Shown here in pieces: positions 1 through 13,513 of a DNA stretch of 58,666 nt. The position numbers were made by a program, and so were the translations under genes. The DNA comes from Patellaria atrata CBS 101060 (lineage: Eukaryota), in assembly GCA_010093705.1 (NCBI GenBank), contig MU006089.1, positions 880,011 through 938,676 on the forward strand. Reading direction: 5' to 3'. Under the pieces are notes generated by a model that was not told the DNA's origin, searched no databases, and saw only the letters and a list, made by a program, of their open reading frames with translations. Position 1 is the stretch's first letter; each line of letters begins with the position of its first letter.

Positions 1-153
1 TATTTCTAGATTCATTCCTGTAGCTTGATCAGCACTGTCTTCTTTACTAGTCCTTTGTCAAGAACCAAACACACTCACTACATACTTAACACACTATGCC
101 TTCTGCTCTAACAGAAACCAAAGCTAGTCAAGTGAAGCTGCCGAATTCTCAAG

Positions 154-1434
154 ATGGCGACGGCAGCAACAATACAAGCAGTCCCGGTGTTTTCCATGCA
201 GGATCCATCCTTCCAACCTTCGGTCAAGTCTGTAGCTCCTCATAACGGTACCACTGCCGATACTTCAGTCGAATTCGACCCGGCAAAACATATATTATTC
301 CAGCCACCGTCTAAGATCATCAAGATGACAGACATTGGCTATGCAGAAGACACTGGAGTATCCCCTGTGGCAGTGTCACATCCGTTCCAACTCTTCTCAG
401 AGGACGCTATCGGGGAGATGAGAAAGGAGATATTTAAGAAAGAGGTTTTGGCCAATTGCAAGTACGAAAGCAATATTGCTGCTTGCCAGTTGAGGGGATA
501 CTCTCCAAAGTGCGTTTACCTACCTCTCAACATCTAAGGACAGATGACTGACACACATGAAACAGATATGCGAAATTCATCTACGATGCCTGGAAGCACC
601 CCGATACCCTTTCTATCATCTCGAAGATAGCTGGGGTCGATCTCGTACCGGAAATGGATTTTGAAATTGGGCATGTAAATCTCTCTATTAAGTCAAAGGA
701 ACAGACTGATCAAGAAATCGCGGCTATCTCGAACCAAAAGCGATTTTTTGCTGATGATGAAGGGATTGCTGGCTGTCCATGGGAGGATGATAAACCAATC
801 GTTGGTTGGCACACAGATAGCTATCCATTCGTTTGTGTCCTTATGCTTAGCGATTGTACGAACATGGTCGGTGGCGAGACAGCTCTAAGAACCCCTGACG
901 GTAACATCTTGAAAGTTCGCGGTCCTGGAATGGTAGACTTTCTCTTTTCTTCGCATGGTTTGAACTCTACTAACATTATGTTAGGGTTGCGCAGTTATTC
1001 TTCAAGGGCGTTACATTACACATCAAGCCCTCCGGGCCTTAGGAACCAAGGAGCGTATCACCATGGTCACTTCGTTCCGTCCCAAATCCCCGTTTCTTGC
1101 GGATGATTCGGTACTCCGCACAGTCAGACCAATTTCAGACCTCTCGGAGCTATACTATGATTTCGGGGAGTATCGACTTGAGATCATGGAAGCGCGAATC
1201 AACGCTAGGTTGAAAGTTATACGGGATCGTCGCCGAGCAGGCAAGAGGATCGATACGTCGGCGTTTAAGAAGTTCCTCCAAGAACAGATTGCTTTCCTTG
1301 CTCACACAAACAGCGAAATAGTTGAGGAGGATCAGGTTACTGTAGGTTACATTGAGGAGATGGACATCCCAGACGTTAAGGTTGAAGCTATGGAGGTCCC
1401 AAAGCAGGGTACTAAGAGGGCTCGTACAGATTGA
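154..1434 (+). CDS. Fungal 2OG-Fe(II) dioxygenase-like hypothetical protein (3 exons; introns ~510-565 and ~933-984)
   Basis: Spliced ORFs give GWHTDSYPFVCVLMLSDC...GGET...H.A......RITMVTSFRP, i.e. HxD...H...RxS-like double-stranded beta-helix motifs; the start codon is uncertain. Confidence 0.7.
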
Positions 1435-2942
1435 TCGGATAGCATGATTGCAACTCTAAGTAAGCTTTGAGGGGTGTTGATGATTCGATTATTGCTTTGG
1501 GTGTTCATTTGTCTCGACTACGGGTTCTAGTCTTCTGACTTGACGGTTTTTGCGGTTCCGATGACAAGGGTAGAGCTCTTTATTCCTTGATGAGACCGTT
1601 TTTTTTTTTGAAAAAAACATAATGAAGTCGATTACTAGGCTCTAAGTAGATGAAATCGATTGCTTTGGGTGTACTGATGAAGGTTCCAAGGTTCTGCTGC
1701 ATCGGGCGTGATTGCGAGATGTCGAGATACAGTACAGCCGGAAGCGAGTACGCCATCACCACGACAAGATAAGTCACATTCCCATGTTTTGAAAATAAAT
1801 AATGACAAGATTAGTTGAGTGATGAGCTTGTATATTCTCTTATATAGCGGCGAATGATTTAAGAACTGAGATAAATAGATAGAATAGATATAACTGGTTC
1901 AGGAGAGGAGATATATAAGGTAAGCAAACAAGGAGACACGATGGAATGCTGGTGTAAAAGATGCATGCTACAGTACCTGAGAAGGCGACGAGAGGACAAA
2001 CACCTAAAAATACACTCACTCCCATTGACGATGCCAAATTGTGTCTCTTTGCTGGGAAGATATCGACAACTGTTGTGTCCATATGCCAGTAGTTATCGGG
2101 GGTTACAGTTCTACGTAGGCACGGTAGGTAAGTATGTCGGAGAGTAAAAGCTTGAGGTTCTGTGGCTAGGGTCTCAATAAATAGTACCTAGGCTTTCGTC
2201 TTGGACGTTGGATACGAGCTAACAAACATTATTGGTACTGAGGTGAACCTGTACTGTATAAGTATGATGGGCTGTTATATTGTCGTCTTTCAAAATGTTG
2301 GATTGGTGAAGAGAAAACTGTACTCGGCTTGACGTTTTATACATATTCAGGCGGGATAAGTGAAGGGAGATGGAAGGAAAATATAAAAGGGTGTCAGATG
2401 GTAGAGATCCTTGAATGATGGAGAGGTTGTCTGCTGGGTCCCCGCAATGCTCTCCAATAAAACGAGCAGGTGGTGCAAGAAATTTTAGCGCTGCGGTCGT
2501 TCCTCGTCTTTTCCATCGTGTGGCCATGATTATTCCCTAAAATCCATGAAACGTGAGGCAGTCAATGTGAGTGGATGTCGTTTGTCATCCCACTGCATTT
2601 AGAGTTGTCGCCCTTGTTGCCCTTCCGGGTTGTTGCCCTTGTGTTGCCCGTCGTGCTTTCCCTCCACTCTCCTCCACTCCTACCGAACCTGCAACCTAAC
2701 CCTACCTTACCTCACCCGTCGTGCCTTACTGTACTGCAAATACTGTACGTAGCTTCTTACCTTACCTTAGGTTGCAGCTTCTTCACCACCTTGGAAAGGC
2801 AAAGGCACGCGCTGTCGACCTTTCTTGACGGGAGATTCTCTCCCAACAACCTCTTACTTCCGAACAGTCTTGAATGACTTTGTTCCCGGTGTAATGAGGA
2901 TTACCACATTTGTACATTTAATACGGCCTCTTGCCATTCAAC

Positions 2943-5900
2943 ATGTCAGCCATGGACACACGAGCTTCATCTGCCCCCGCCACGACTTCACGTAATGTCC
3001 GTCAAAAGCCCACAAGCACTTCAGCATCATCAAGTACAGTCATGCCCTCCAATGCCACCTCTCGACCACCTCAGGTGATTCGACCATCACCTTCGGCATC
3101 GTCATCGGCGCCGCGGAGTACGACGGGCTCTACCACCAGCACGCACAAACCTCCCACACAATCATCCATAGAGATCAGAAAAGCTCGTACCTCAAGCAAA
3201 GATAGTCTCACCGCAAAGATGCCCAAGAAGCAGGACGAGGTAGTCAAACCTGATAAGAACGAGGAGGTACTAGATCACCAATCGGTATTCAAATCCTCAC
3301 CCACGAACACCTAGATCTAATGAACATCCGTAGCTATTGAAAGTCTATAAGTCGAGCTTTGATAGCCTTCGCTCGTTGATTACCTGCAAAATCTGCGACC
3401 GACTCCTATACGAACCATATGTCATTTCGTGCGGACATGTTTATTGTTACAGCGTGCGTATCAGCATTGATTCGATAAAAAGATTTAACTAATTTCTTCA
3501 AGTGCCTTTGTCAATGGTTCGTCACCAACAAGAAGAAGAAGACTTGCCCGGACTGCCGTGCACATATCATAGATCCACCTGCTCCATCCTATTTGGTTCG
3601 TCATACCCTTTCCCGAATGGAAGAGATATTCTAACGTTCTACTTGCAGACGAGGGAAATTACGCAGAATTTGATCGCACGAGCTGAGCTTTTGCCTCCCG
3701 GGGAGTCAGCGGAGCAACATACAACATGGCATAAAGAAGAACAAGACCAGATCCAGCAGGATAAGAATAACACGGACAAGCGGACAGGTGGTTTGTTCAA
3801 AGGCGTCTTTAGAAACACCAGGAAACTTCGTGTGTTCGTAGACGAAGAAGACACGGTCGATAGGTGTCCTTACTGCATGTGGGAACTTGTGGATCGCGAA
3901 TGCTCACAATGTGGTCTTCAGGTTGACGAGAACGGTTCAGTCATTTTTCCTAACAGCTTTGGAGGCTTCAGTGACATGGATGAAACCTCGGAACACAATA
4001 TGTCTGGGGAAGATCACGATGCTGAATTGGATATGGAAGACGACGATGCTGAGCTTGGGTTTGAGGAAGATGGCATGGAAGAATGGGGAAACTACCATGA
4101 GGATGATCATCCATATGCTGTCCGCAGATGGCTTGCAAATGGTGCTCTTGGTGCCCCTCCCCACACTTACGCGAGTGCACCGAGACGACGCGCTGCACAT
4201 AGCGCGGCTGGTAGTCGAAGGCGGTCATACAGTGCGAGTATTATATCCGATATTTTCACAGAAGACGCGGAGATGGAGACTCTCGAAGAGGAAGATGACG
4301 AGGATTTGGAAGATGAGGATTCCTCTATGAATGATTTTATAGACGATGAAGTGGAGGAGCAGTCGCAAAGTACGAATTCTACGAGTGGTCAAACTCTTCA
4401 ACCATCTTTCAATGTTAACCAAAGACGAGCGCGGCGGGTCGTTGAATCGGATTCGTCCTCTGTCTCACATATACAAGACCTTGAGGAAGATGACGAGGAT
4501 GAGGGTCCGATACCAAATGGTAGACGTCGCCAGAATCCTGGTGCAACAACGGCTAGATTTGGGCACCGAGGAACTGTTCCACCTTCTGAGAGCACAGAAG
4601 CATCGATAGATCAAGAGTTGAGTGACGATGAGCAAGCTTTGCTGTACGAGAACGCTTGGGCACAGTTGGGGAATGATGGCCAGGACGATGAGATGGATGA
4701 CGGGGAAGGTGATGATAGTGATGGGGGAAGAACGACAATTGGGTGGGAGCCGACAGCGAACTCTAACGATACTTCCCGAATACCTGGTTCTCTAACGCCT
4801 GTCGCAGGTCGTCCTCCCGCCTCGAATCCCCATGCCCCTCGAATAGGTAGTTCTCGCTTCCTGGATGGTTCCCGTGGGCTACGCCGTCGAAGCTCTGTTC
4901 TGTCCGTATCGACAGTGAATTATGAAGATGGTGAGGCGGATGATGATGATTCCGAAGCCGAACAAGGGATTGACCACGATGGTGATATGAACATGAACGG
5001 TTTGCAAATCCGTGCTCGTCGTTCACGTATACGTTTGCGAAATGGTCAAACCCCAAACGTGGGACGCCCCGAATCCAGAATCCTCTCAGTTGGAGATGCT
5101 GTCGATGTAGACACCGATGATAATTCTGATACCTCTGCATACCCTTCTAGGCGTCGACAGCGAATGCACTCAAGGCAACCAGATTATGACCCTAGAATCA
5201 GTTGGATGTTCACTCAGCATCTTAATGATATGCGTGAGATCGGCCAGGTACCCGGTGGTATAAATGAGTACTTAGAGCAGCTTCGCGCAGTAACACCTGT
5301 ATCACGGCCTAGGACGGCTAATAGAAACCGGTTCACGTATTCCCCGGCACCGTTTTCACCTTTGTCTAACGGGTCCCTTCCCCCATTTTCGCCACCGGCA
5401 AATGCGCCAACACGACATAGAACGCCTTCCATTGATGGCTCTTCTGTTGGTGGACGTTTGACGGAAGCGTCGTCTCGCCAGTCACGCAGTAGTTCTACGT
5501 CTGTCCAGTCCAGCTCGACAATTTCCGGAGTTCCAGTCCAGAACACAAGTGTAGGTCAACAACGAGACTCCTCGACTGTTTTGGATAGCACCGCAACTGC
5601 TTCTCAGCTATCTAATTCCATCCAGGCTGCGTCTACTGGGACTAACTCACTCCCTATAGATGCTATGGGAGATATAATTGAACGTCCCATGTCTCGTGTT
5701 AGCTCCCGTCCGCCTTCTGCTGCTGGAAGACGTCCAGCTCCCCCGTTTGGGCCTGCCTATTCCGGCCTATCCATTAATCCTGGTCTAAATTTTGCTGCAC
5801 GCTCCTTCCAAGCAGGGACACGGAACCCATTTGCTTTCTACATCCGACCACGGCCTTCTACGCAGCAATTCAGGGAGCAATCATCCACCGCTACACTACG

Positions 5901-6654
5901 TCCCCGAAATTCTCAAAGCACCATGCGCGTTCGTTCCCAACCGTCACAAATAAATATGCGGGATACTGTCAACCAAGGGCAAGGCCTCCGCCACCAGTCC
6001 TCGAGGGTCTTGCGAGCTCGTCCATCACAACAGCGGTTGCACAATCAGGCGTCGAACAGAACCCTGCGAGCGTCTGACACTACACCACTGCTCCCTCAAA
6101 ATAATCCCCCAAGCTCTCCTACAGCTCGTTCGGGTGCCAACGCACCTTCCGGTCTTTCCGCAGACGAGCGTTCCAGACGTGCTCAGGACTACATCACCCG
6201 TCGCTCCGAGGAGCTGAGGATGCAGGAATCCACCACCAGCGCGAGCAACAACCCGTTCCACGCCGTGCGCAGACAAGCAGCTCCCGCACGAGAAACAATC
6301 AACGCTGGTATATCACCTACCAGTAGCCGGCCCTCTTCAAGTCGAGACGGTGCGCCTATACCAGTCTCTAATCTAGGCTCTTCGGCTACAAGTCCTGGTA
6401 TCGGCCAACAAGGCATTCTCTCCCCTCCTCTTAGACCTGTGGGGGCGTCGCCCAATTTGCAGCGGAGACGAAGCAGTCGTAATATAGGAACCCCACCGGG
6501 AGCTTTTGCCTCGCCTCAGTCGAATGCGCAGTATGGGTTCGCTAGACAGCGCACGGGGTTCACACCTGTCAATGGGGGTATCGGAGCTCCGCCGAACAGC
6601 GCGGGTAGGAGGATGAGTACCGTTCCTTCAGCTACCGAGGCGGGTCAGTACTAG
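2943..6654 (+). CDS. RING-finger E3 ubiquitin ligase, Psh1-like, with long acidic and Ser/Arg-rich disordered C-terminus (4 exons)
   Basis: Splicing 3334-3453 to 3503-3595 gives a C3HC4 RING, CKICDRLLYEPYVISCGHVYCYS/CLCQWF...KTCPDCR. This is followed by DEEDTVDRCPYCMWELVDRECSQCG, the second Cys cluster typical of Psh1-like proteins. Confidence 0.8.
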
Positions 6655-7671
6655 TTTGCGATCGTGTGTCTTTCATTACAGGTCAATCTGCGTGGAGGAT
6701 TTAGCAATAGGTTCACGAGTTATGACATCTTTCAGCATGGCGTTGAGGGTGCCCTCTCTTTTTCCTCTCGACAATGGAGCTTGCGGGACACATATCATGG
6801 GCATTTCTGGCGTCTCAGCGTGTTCTCCTCAGTCTGGGTTTTCTAATTGACGTGATGGCAAGCGGGTAGTGCGAGGTCCTCGGGATTCTTTTTCCAGGTA
6901 AAAGCGAGATCTATCTATCTAGGAGCAATCGAGAGGTGTTGCGTGTATGACTTGCTCCTGTGTATTGATTGCCCTTCATTCGGGTTAGGTTCTCGTGTTC
7001 TGGTCTTGGATGAGTGTGGTCACTTCTTCCACCTTTTGTGGTCTCCCATCAAAGCTCAGTCCCTGAAACTATAAGTGCATTTGCTTCCCCTAAACGCCTT
7101 CACTTAAGTCCTCTCGCGTCCGATAAACCGGAATATAGTCCCCGCGCTGAAATACCGGAGAACGAAATAATTGACACCCTCGATGCCATACCTTAGTAGC
7201 AAAACAAAAGGAGTTGTAGATATAGGAGTAGAAAAATATATAGAAGTAGAAATATCGTACCTTAGAACGAGGAATTACCGAATCAGGAAGGCGGAATCCA
7301 CGAGTCAGCCAGTCTGAGAAAAGCAAGTAGGGAAACAAAGCTAAATCGAACGTCCGACTTTCATTAATCCCCCATCGAAGTAAATCTAAGTAAAGCCTCT
7401 CCACGCAACTGTCACGCAATGGAAGCTCCGATTCCGTGGTTCTGGACGATTGTTCGGAACCGATTTTATTTCAAACCCTTATAGCTAGGTAGAGATCTAT
7501 CATCGATATAATCACAACATCACTCTCTTTATGTCAAAGTTATGGAGAATGATATTCAAAGGGCAACATACATGAATCTAACAGATTTATTTATTGATTA
7601 TTCAAAACGGGGGGTATATAATCTCGTCAACGAGAGTCAGCGTCTCCTTTTTCTCAAGACCACCAACACAT

Positions 7672-7757
7672 TCACTATCCAACCACAACTATGCTAAAAC
7701 GCACACGAGAAACGTCACTATCCAACCACAGCTATGCTAAAACGCACACGAGAAACG
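7672..7757. repeat. 43-bp direct tandem duplication in the PTR2 3' UTR
   Basis: TCACTATCCAACCACA(A/G)CTATGCTAAAACGCACACGAGAAACG at 7672-7714 and 7715-7757, with one mismatch. Confidence 0.95.
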
Positions 7758-7778
7758 GAAAAATGGCGAGCGGACCAA

Positions 7779-9870
7779 TCAAGCCCTGGTTTCCTTCTCA
7801 GGGACCTCCGTATAAGTCGGTGCAGTCTCCTCATCGACGGTCTTCGGGTTCGCGTTCAGATTCTTACCCCTGTAGGAACTCTCGGGGAGCAAGTTCATCT
7901 TCTCTTCCTGGATATCCCAGGATCGGAAGCAGTACCAGAAACCGCAACCGCCGAAGAAGGCGATGATAGCGACGGAGCCATAGTTCCAGACCAGCAGCGG
8001 ATCCTCGGAGAGAGATACGAAGGCTTGTCCGATGGCAGCTGAGATGGCGGAGGTGAAGTGATAGAAACCTGGTTTGCAAATTAGCATCTGTTTGGTGGTC
8101 ATGAGCTAAGAAAGACAGTTAACTTACCGAAAACGAGGGACTTCATGTTCGCGGGTGCCTTGGTATAAGCGTACTCGAGACCGGTGATTGAAGCGAAGAT
8201 CTCAGCGAGACCGACGAGGATGTAAGCACCTGCTTGAGCCCAAACATTGATGGGTGCTCCGGGCCTTCCTCCTCGTTCCTCGCATGTGTTCATGTAATGG
8301 CCGCAATCACCCTTTGCGTAGATCTGAGATTGGATGACCGTGGCCCAGATCATGGCCGAGCAAGCGACGAAGAAACCGGCCGTCATACGCCTGATTGGAG
8401 TGAAGCGGATCTTGTACTTGCGGAGAGCAGGGTAGACAAACTGATCCACGAGTGGAATCATAATGATGATACCGATGGGATTCAGATTGTTGAGGAGATC
8501 GTTGGGAACGCCATGCAACTCCATGGTAGCGGCTTGGGAAACCAAGTTACCATCAATTTGGTTATACGCAAGCCAGAAAAGAGGATAGAATAAGAAGACA
8601 GTGCAAGCCTTCATACCACGGGCAACTTCATCCACCCATGCGTCGTCGAATGTCATCCATTTGGGCTTGGTTTGAACGTTCGACGGCTTGACATCTTCCC
8701 AGAATCTCGGTGACTTGATGTTGTTGACGGTCGTAACAGGGTTGATGGAAGTCTTGCCCTTAAGTGCGTAACTGATAAGCTTCATAGATTTCCCGAGAAC
8801 TGATCCGGTTGGCTCGCGGTGCACGTATCTCTTGTTGAAGATAAAGAGAACCAATGGGCAGAGACCGAACATAACGGTAGGGAGGAGAAATGAGAGCCAG
8901 AATCCTACGTATCGCTCGGCATACACCATGCTGACTTGACCGACGACGGAACCAATGTTAATACAGAGATAGAAGTACATGAAGACCCTCTGAGTCGTGG
9001 CGGCCGGGTCCTCGATGACTCTCTCACCAGAGCGGAGAGTCTTGACGTGCATCTTTCCAGCTTTCAGTTGGTCAACCATGAGCGGTGAGACGTTTGGTTT
9101 GAAACCACCAACACCTTAATGTAGTTAGTACCGACTCTTCATATTTTTGTAAAATCTAAAAACTGACCGGCTCCGAAGAAAACGATACCAACGGAAAGAC
9201 ATCCGAGGGCGCCGTTCGGGTGCTTAATAACCGAGGGGATAGCCGAGATGATCATGATGATATGACCGAACATAGCAACCGCGATAGAGACCTGAATGGT
9301 CATCATGCGGCCCCATTTCGCATCAGCTAGATAACCGCCAACGAGGGGCATGAAATAGGCCCAGAAACGATTGAAGGTAACCAAGCCAGTGGAAGCGCGC
9401 TGGCCCATCCCGAGGGCTAAAGAAGTGTCAGTCGTAGTGGAGGGTACAAGGAGAGCTCTCAACATACCGCCGGGTCTTCCATCAGGATTCGGGTCATTTC
9501 CGGTGGTAGAACCTTCTGGGAGGTTTCTCTGGATAAAATTCACCACTAGTAGAGCAAGTTAGTTGTTTGACCGTCTCCAAAGCGGAACTCCCAGGAACCT
9601 ACAAACAGCAGTGGTGCCATAATAAGCAAAACGTTCGCAGAGCTCGACGAAAGCAACGGTGAAAGCAAGCCATGGGATGCGGCCAGGCACACGCCTCAGG
9701 GCTATGAGTTCCTCTTCGGTGGGGATCGTGTCGTCCGTCCCAGCTATTGAGGGGACATAGTCGCCCTGCTCGAACTGAATCTGCTTCTCCAAGGTGGGTG
9801 TGGCCAGGCCTACCCCCCTAACCTGGGCGGCTGCTATGTCGGATGCGTCGAGGGTTGCGTCGTAAGGCAT
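7779..9870 (-). CDS. PTR2: POT/PTR family di-/tripeptide transporter (5 exons)
   Basis: VELCERFAYYG (ExxERFxYYG) motif, GGYLADAKWGR, FYLCINIGS, LEYAYTKAPANMKS. Confidence 0.93.
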
Positions 9871-10759
9871 GGTGCTGAATGATCAATAATCCAAGACTGT
9901 CTTGAAGAATTGACAGGAGCACAAGAGGCACAAGAGCAGAGGCTGAGGAAGAGGAAACCGGGCCAGATGGAGGAGGGGGATCATATTTAAATTGCACGCG
10001 ACTCTCACCATACTCACGGGTTGCACCGAGGGAGCAGCAGAGGGATATTGTTCGGAACAGATTCCAGATGCTATCGACAGAGCTGATCCTCGTCCCAAGC
10101 TCGTCAAAGCTCGTCAGAGCTCGTCAATCCAAGCTCAATACAGTCGCGGTCCGCAGATAAGACAGCATCTGCTACAAGGGTGGGTTGGGAGAAATGGATG
10201 AATGGGCGATTTCAGAGATCAGGCATCGGCAGTCCATACCATCGTACACTGGAATTGATGCTATCTTATTGGCCATGACAAGGCCTGTAATTGAAACGCA
10301 TTGACTTGAATATCAAAATCGGTGCAGTAGCGGTAGTGGCAGGATGGAGTAGAGAAGATGGAGTGAACATGGGATGAACATGGTGAAGGGGGGGGAAGGG
10401 AGGCCAACTGGTAACTCGTTGACGGTCATTCCGCCAGTAAAGAGGTGCTGTAACTTGTAAAACGGTAGAAAAAGGCTGGGCATGATATACAGATGTAACG
10501 TCCCATGTAACTTCCTGTACGAACTTCCAAGGTGAGCCTGCACGCTCCTTCCAAATAGAGTATCACTCCGCATCTTGGCATCCGACTTGGCTAGATCTTG
10601 GCCAGATAGCAAATGGAAGCTGCCACTCGCCATCAGAATTTCAGGAAAGGACAGTCCCCGTTGCTGTCATTCCGCCCCCTCAGAGCTCGTAAAGGAAACC
10701 GAACTACCTTACCTCCAGATCGCAGGCAACCTAAGAAGGTAAGCAACTGCAAGTTAAAA

Positions 10760-10859
10760 NNNNNNNNNNNNNNNNNNNNNNNNNNNNNNNNNNNNNNNNN
10801 NNNNNNNNNNNNNNNNNNNNNNNNNNNNNNNNNNNNNNNNNNNNNNNNNNNNNNNNNNN
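10760..10859. other. Assembly gap (100 N)
   Basis: Run of N. Confidence 1.
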
Positions 10860-12958
10860 AGGCGCCGTAGAGGGCGCTGAAGGGGGAGCGCTTGACGACT
10901 TGTAGATTTGCTAGAAATCGTTGCCAAGTTGCGGGAAGCTTTCAACCACTTGCGCTTGTGGCTGGCCGCCATCATTTATCAAATGCCCTAGCTATGTCAC
11001 ACCAACTCTTGTCTTTTAACTTAAATCAACTGCAACTTTTACCATCCGCATATTCCCCTTTCAGCCAGTCGCCTTAAGTGCTGCTCATTACACAACCGGT
11101 AGTTGGGTTGCCCTTAAGTCGACTCTTCTCATTATCTTCTTATCAGCGCCGCTTCTATTTGTACCGCAACGCGAAGCTGGAAACTTCGAGGCGTGGCAAA
11201 GAGCTCCTTTGAAGAAGCTGGGTTTGGTCTGGTCGGGTGCGTTGCTGAATTGCCACCCCACGCGCTTCTGGCGTTTGTCTCTTGTCCTCGAGAGATCCTT
11301 GATCCAGGTCTGTAAATCTGGATCGTGAGAATGAGATACGGTCATATCATGACAGGGCTTGCTGTTTTTGATTGACATTCGACAGGGGAGGGAATGTCAA
11401 AAACGCTCATCGCGAGTTAAATCTTCGATTCCTCACTTGATTACATGTGCTGAACTGCAACCAAGGAACCGGGCAGCGATCGCAGGTACCGGACATCAGG
11501 CGTCGTGATAGCTGTTCATGCTTCTTCACCAGAGGCTGCCTTGCATCACTTGATATGAACGCTGCACTATGATTTGAGAAATAATCATAACTTCATATGA
11601 AGGTGCTGTCCCCTCCTATCAATCAATGGCTCGGTTCAATGCCGAGAGCACGTCAACTTCCCAGTACGGAACAGTGAACTCATCTATCTCTTTAACGAGT
11701 TCCTTCTTTACACTCCTTGGTATGGACCGCTGTCTCTCTAACTCACTTCTCCTTCACTTATATGTCCATAAAGCCTGAAACCGAATTATGGTTGTGCCAA
11801 GACGCATCGTTCTTTTCAAGTCAGCACCATGGATACCTATGAGCTCCCGTCGCCGAAGGGGTCTGAGCTTTGAGCTTCTTGAACAAGAAGCGCACAGGAA
11901 CTCTAAGAAAGCTGCAAGCCCGAGGCTTATCGAAAGCCATAACTTGGCGAATCCTTAGGAAACTGATTAGGTAGGTAGTCCGAACACCATGAATTTTTCT
12001 TTTGAACCTCTACTGTGAGTAGTACGAGTGCCGTACGAGTACAGTAAGAATGTTCAACATAATCCTGCGATTCATGCTAAAGTATTTTTGTCCTAACCAC
12101 GCCGGGTCTAAGCGTCAATATCCACTTGAATGTTCTCTTGCTCCCCTGACAGTTAGATCTTGTTAAATATAGTCTGAATTGCCGTACCAGGTTGCGGGAA
12201 CCAGATATCCTTAAGCTCATGTAGTTCATGTTGTCTTTGCTGAGTTAGATGTCATCTGTAAGATCTTATCATTAGTCAATATAGTATCATCATGATAGGC
12301 TGACGGTTTGTGAGACATCGCACGTGAGATGATGATCTGAACTTTGAACATCTCCACCTCGCCTCCTCCCCCATCTTATGGTTGCATGGGAGAGGGGGGA
12401 TGTTGAAAATCCAGTTCCTATTCGCGAAATAGCTTCCGTTGAATCTCCAATTACCTATGCTGCATAAGTGAGCGATCATTGCCACTCCGAGGCTCTCAAA
12501 AATCCCAACGTACATACCTTTATGCACGACTTGGAAACCTTGCTTCGGCCGCAGTTCTAGAAATATCTGGTACAAGGACTCCTGGGGTTGTCTCGGACGC
12601 GACCGAGGGGCTTTGATTGGACTATACCAACTGGACTAGCATGCTTCGATTGGTATTCTCGACTAGAAAATGGGTCTATTTATCTCGGAAATGGTAAGAA
12701 GGTATGTAGCGAATCTCTGCGCGCTTGGACTAAAGTAGAAAGCTTGAAAAAGGTTCATGTGAGGTTCAGTAAATAAGTTTGCAACTAATGTTGTTGTCCT
12801 AGAATTTCTAGTTACAGGAGACCTTAGCCCTACTACGCCCAAGTACAAGTAATTCCTCAAACGCCTTGGAATGCTCAATCGGTAGCAATGCAACATGAAG
12901 ACTTTGCTCTCAGTATCACCATACATTCGAAACCGTTTTGACGCTAAAGGGAAATAGC

Positions 12959-13513
12959 TCACTTGCCCTTTTCGTTACCTGAATCCGTCAACAGATGGAG
13001 AATTGGAAGATTCTTGCTTGACATACCGTAGTGCATCTTGTTGAACGCTTTATCCAATAGAGCTGGCTACAAATCGAAGCTTATTAGTAGTCCCAAAAAC
13101 AGTCTCACGAAATCCGTCCTTACCTCTTCCACTTTTTGATCTGATATATTGTCCTTGAAGTTTTTCGTGTCGACACCTTCTGCGATTCAGTGAATACTCT
13201 CTAAGTAAGGGGACGTAGATCCAGTAGGCTACCTTTGGGATTCTCATGTCTCGGCGTCGCGTCGCTAGGGTCACCTATGAGGGATGTCAGTTTCCATGAA
13301 GGTTTGCGAAAGCAGAGGAGACATAGTCTTGCCTAACTTTGTAGCTGTGGCGGGATATTGGTTTGGAGATCCTCCACCCGCAGTTATCCTAGACTCTATA
13401 TTCTTAACTCCTGGTGTCTTGATGCCCGTGTATGAAACGATGTACGCTCCTGCGCCAGCGGTCGCAGCGCCAAGGATGGCGAGGTTTCGGGGTTTGGAGA
13501 AAAATCCGGACAT
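12959..13513 (-). CDS. Small (~111 aa) hypothetical protein with N-terminal hydrophobic anchor; exons 13513-13333, 13274-13233, 13176-13124, 13066-13027, 12978-12959
   Basis: Manual splicing keeps one open frame: MSGFFSKPRNLAILGAATAGAGAYIV...TPGVKNIESRITAGGGSP...KLG/DPSDATPRHENPK/GVDTKNFKDNISDQKVEE/PALLDKAFNKMHY/GNEKGK*; the introns have plausible branch sites. Confidence 0.7.

Noticed and set aside
96..246. Upstream ATG at 96 as the start of gene 1
   Set aside because: It is out of frame with the main ORF and stops at ~246. It could be joined by an intron I could not define, so it is not called.
10100..12900. Short ORFs upstream of PTR2
   Set aside because: No recognisable domains or splice-consistent gene model; treated as intergenic.
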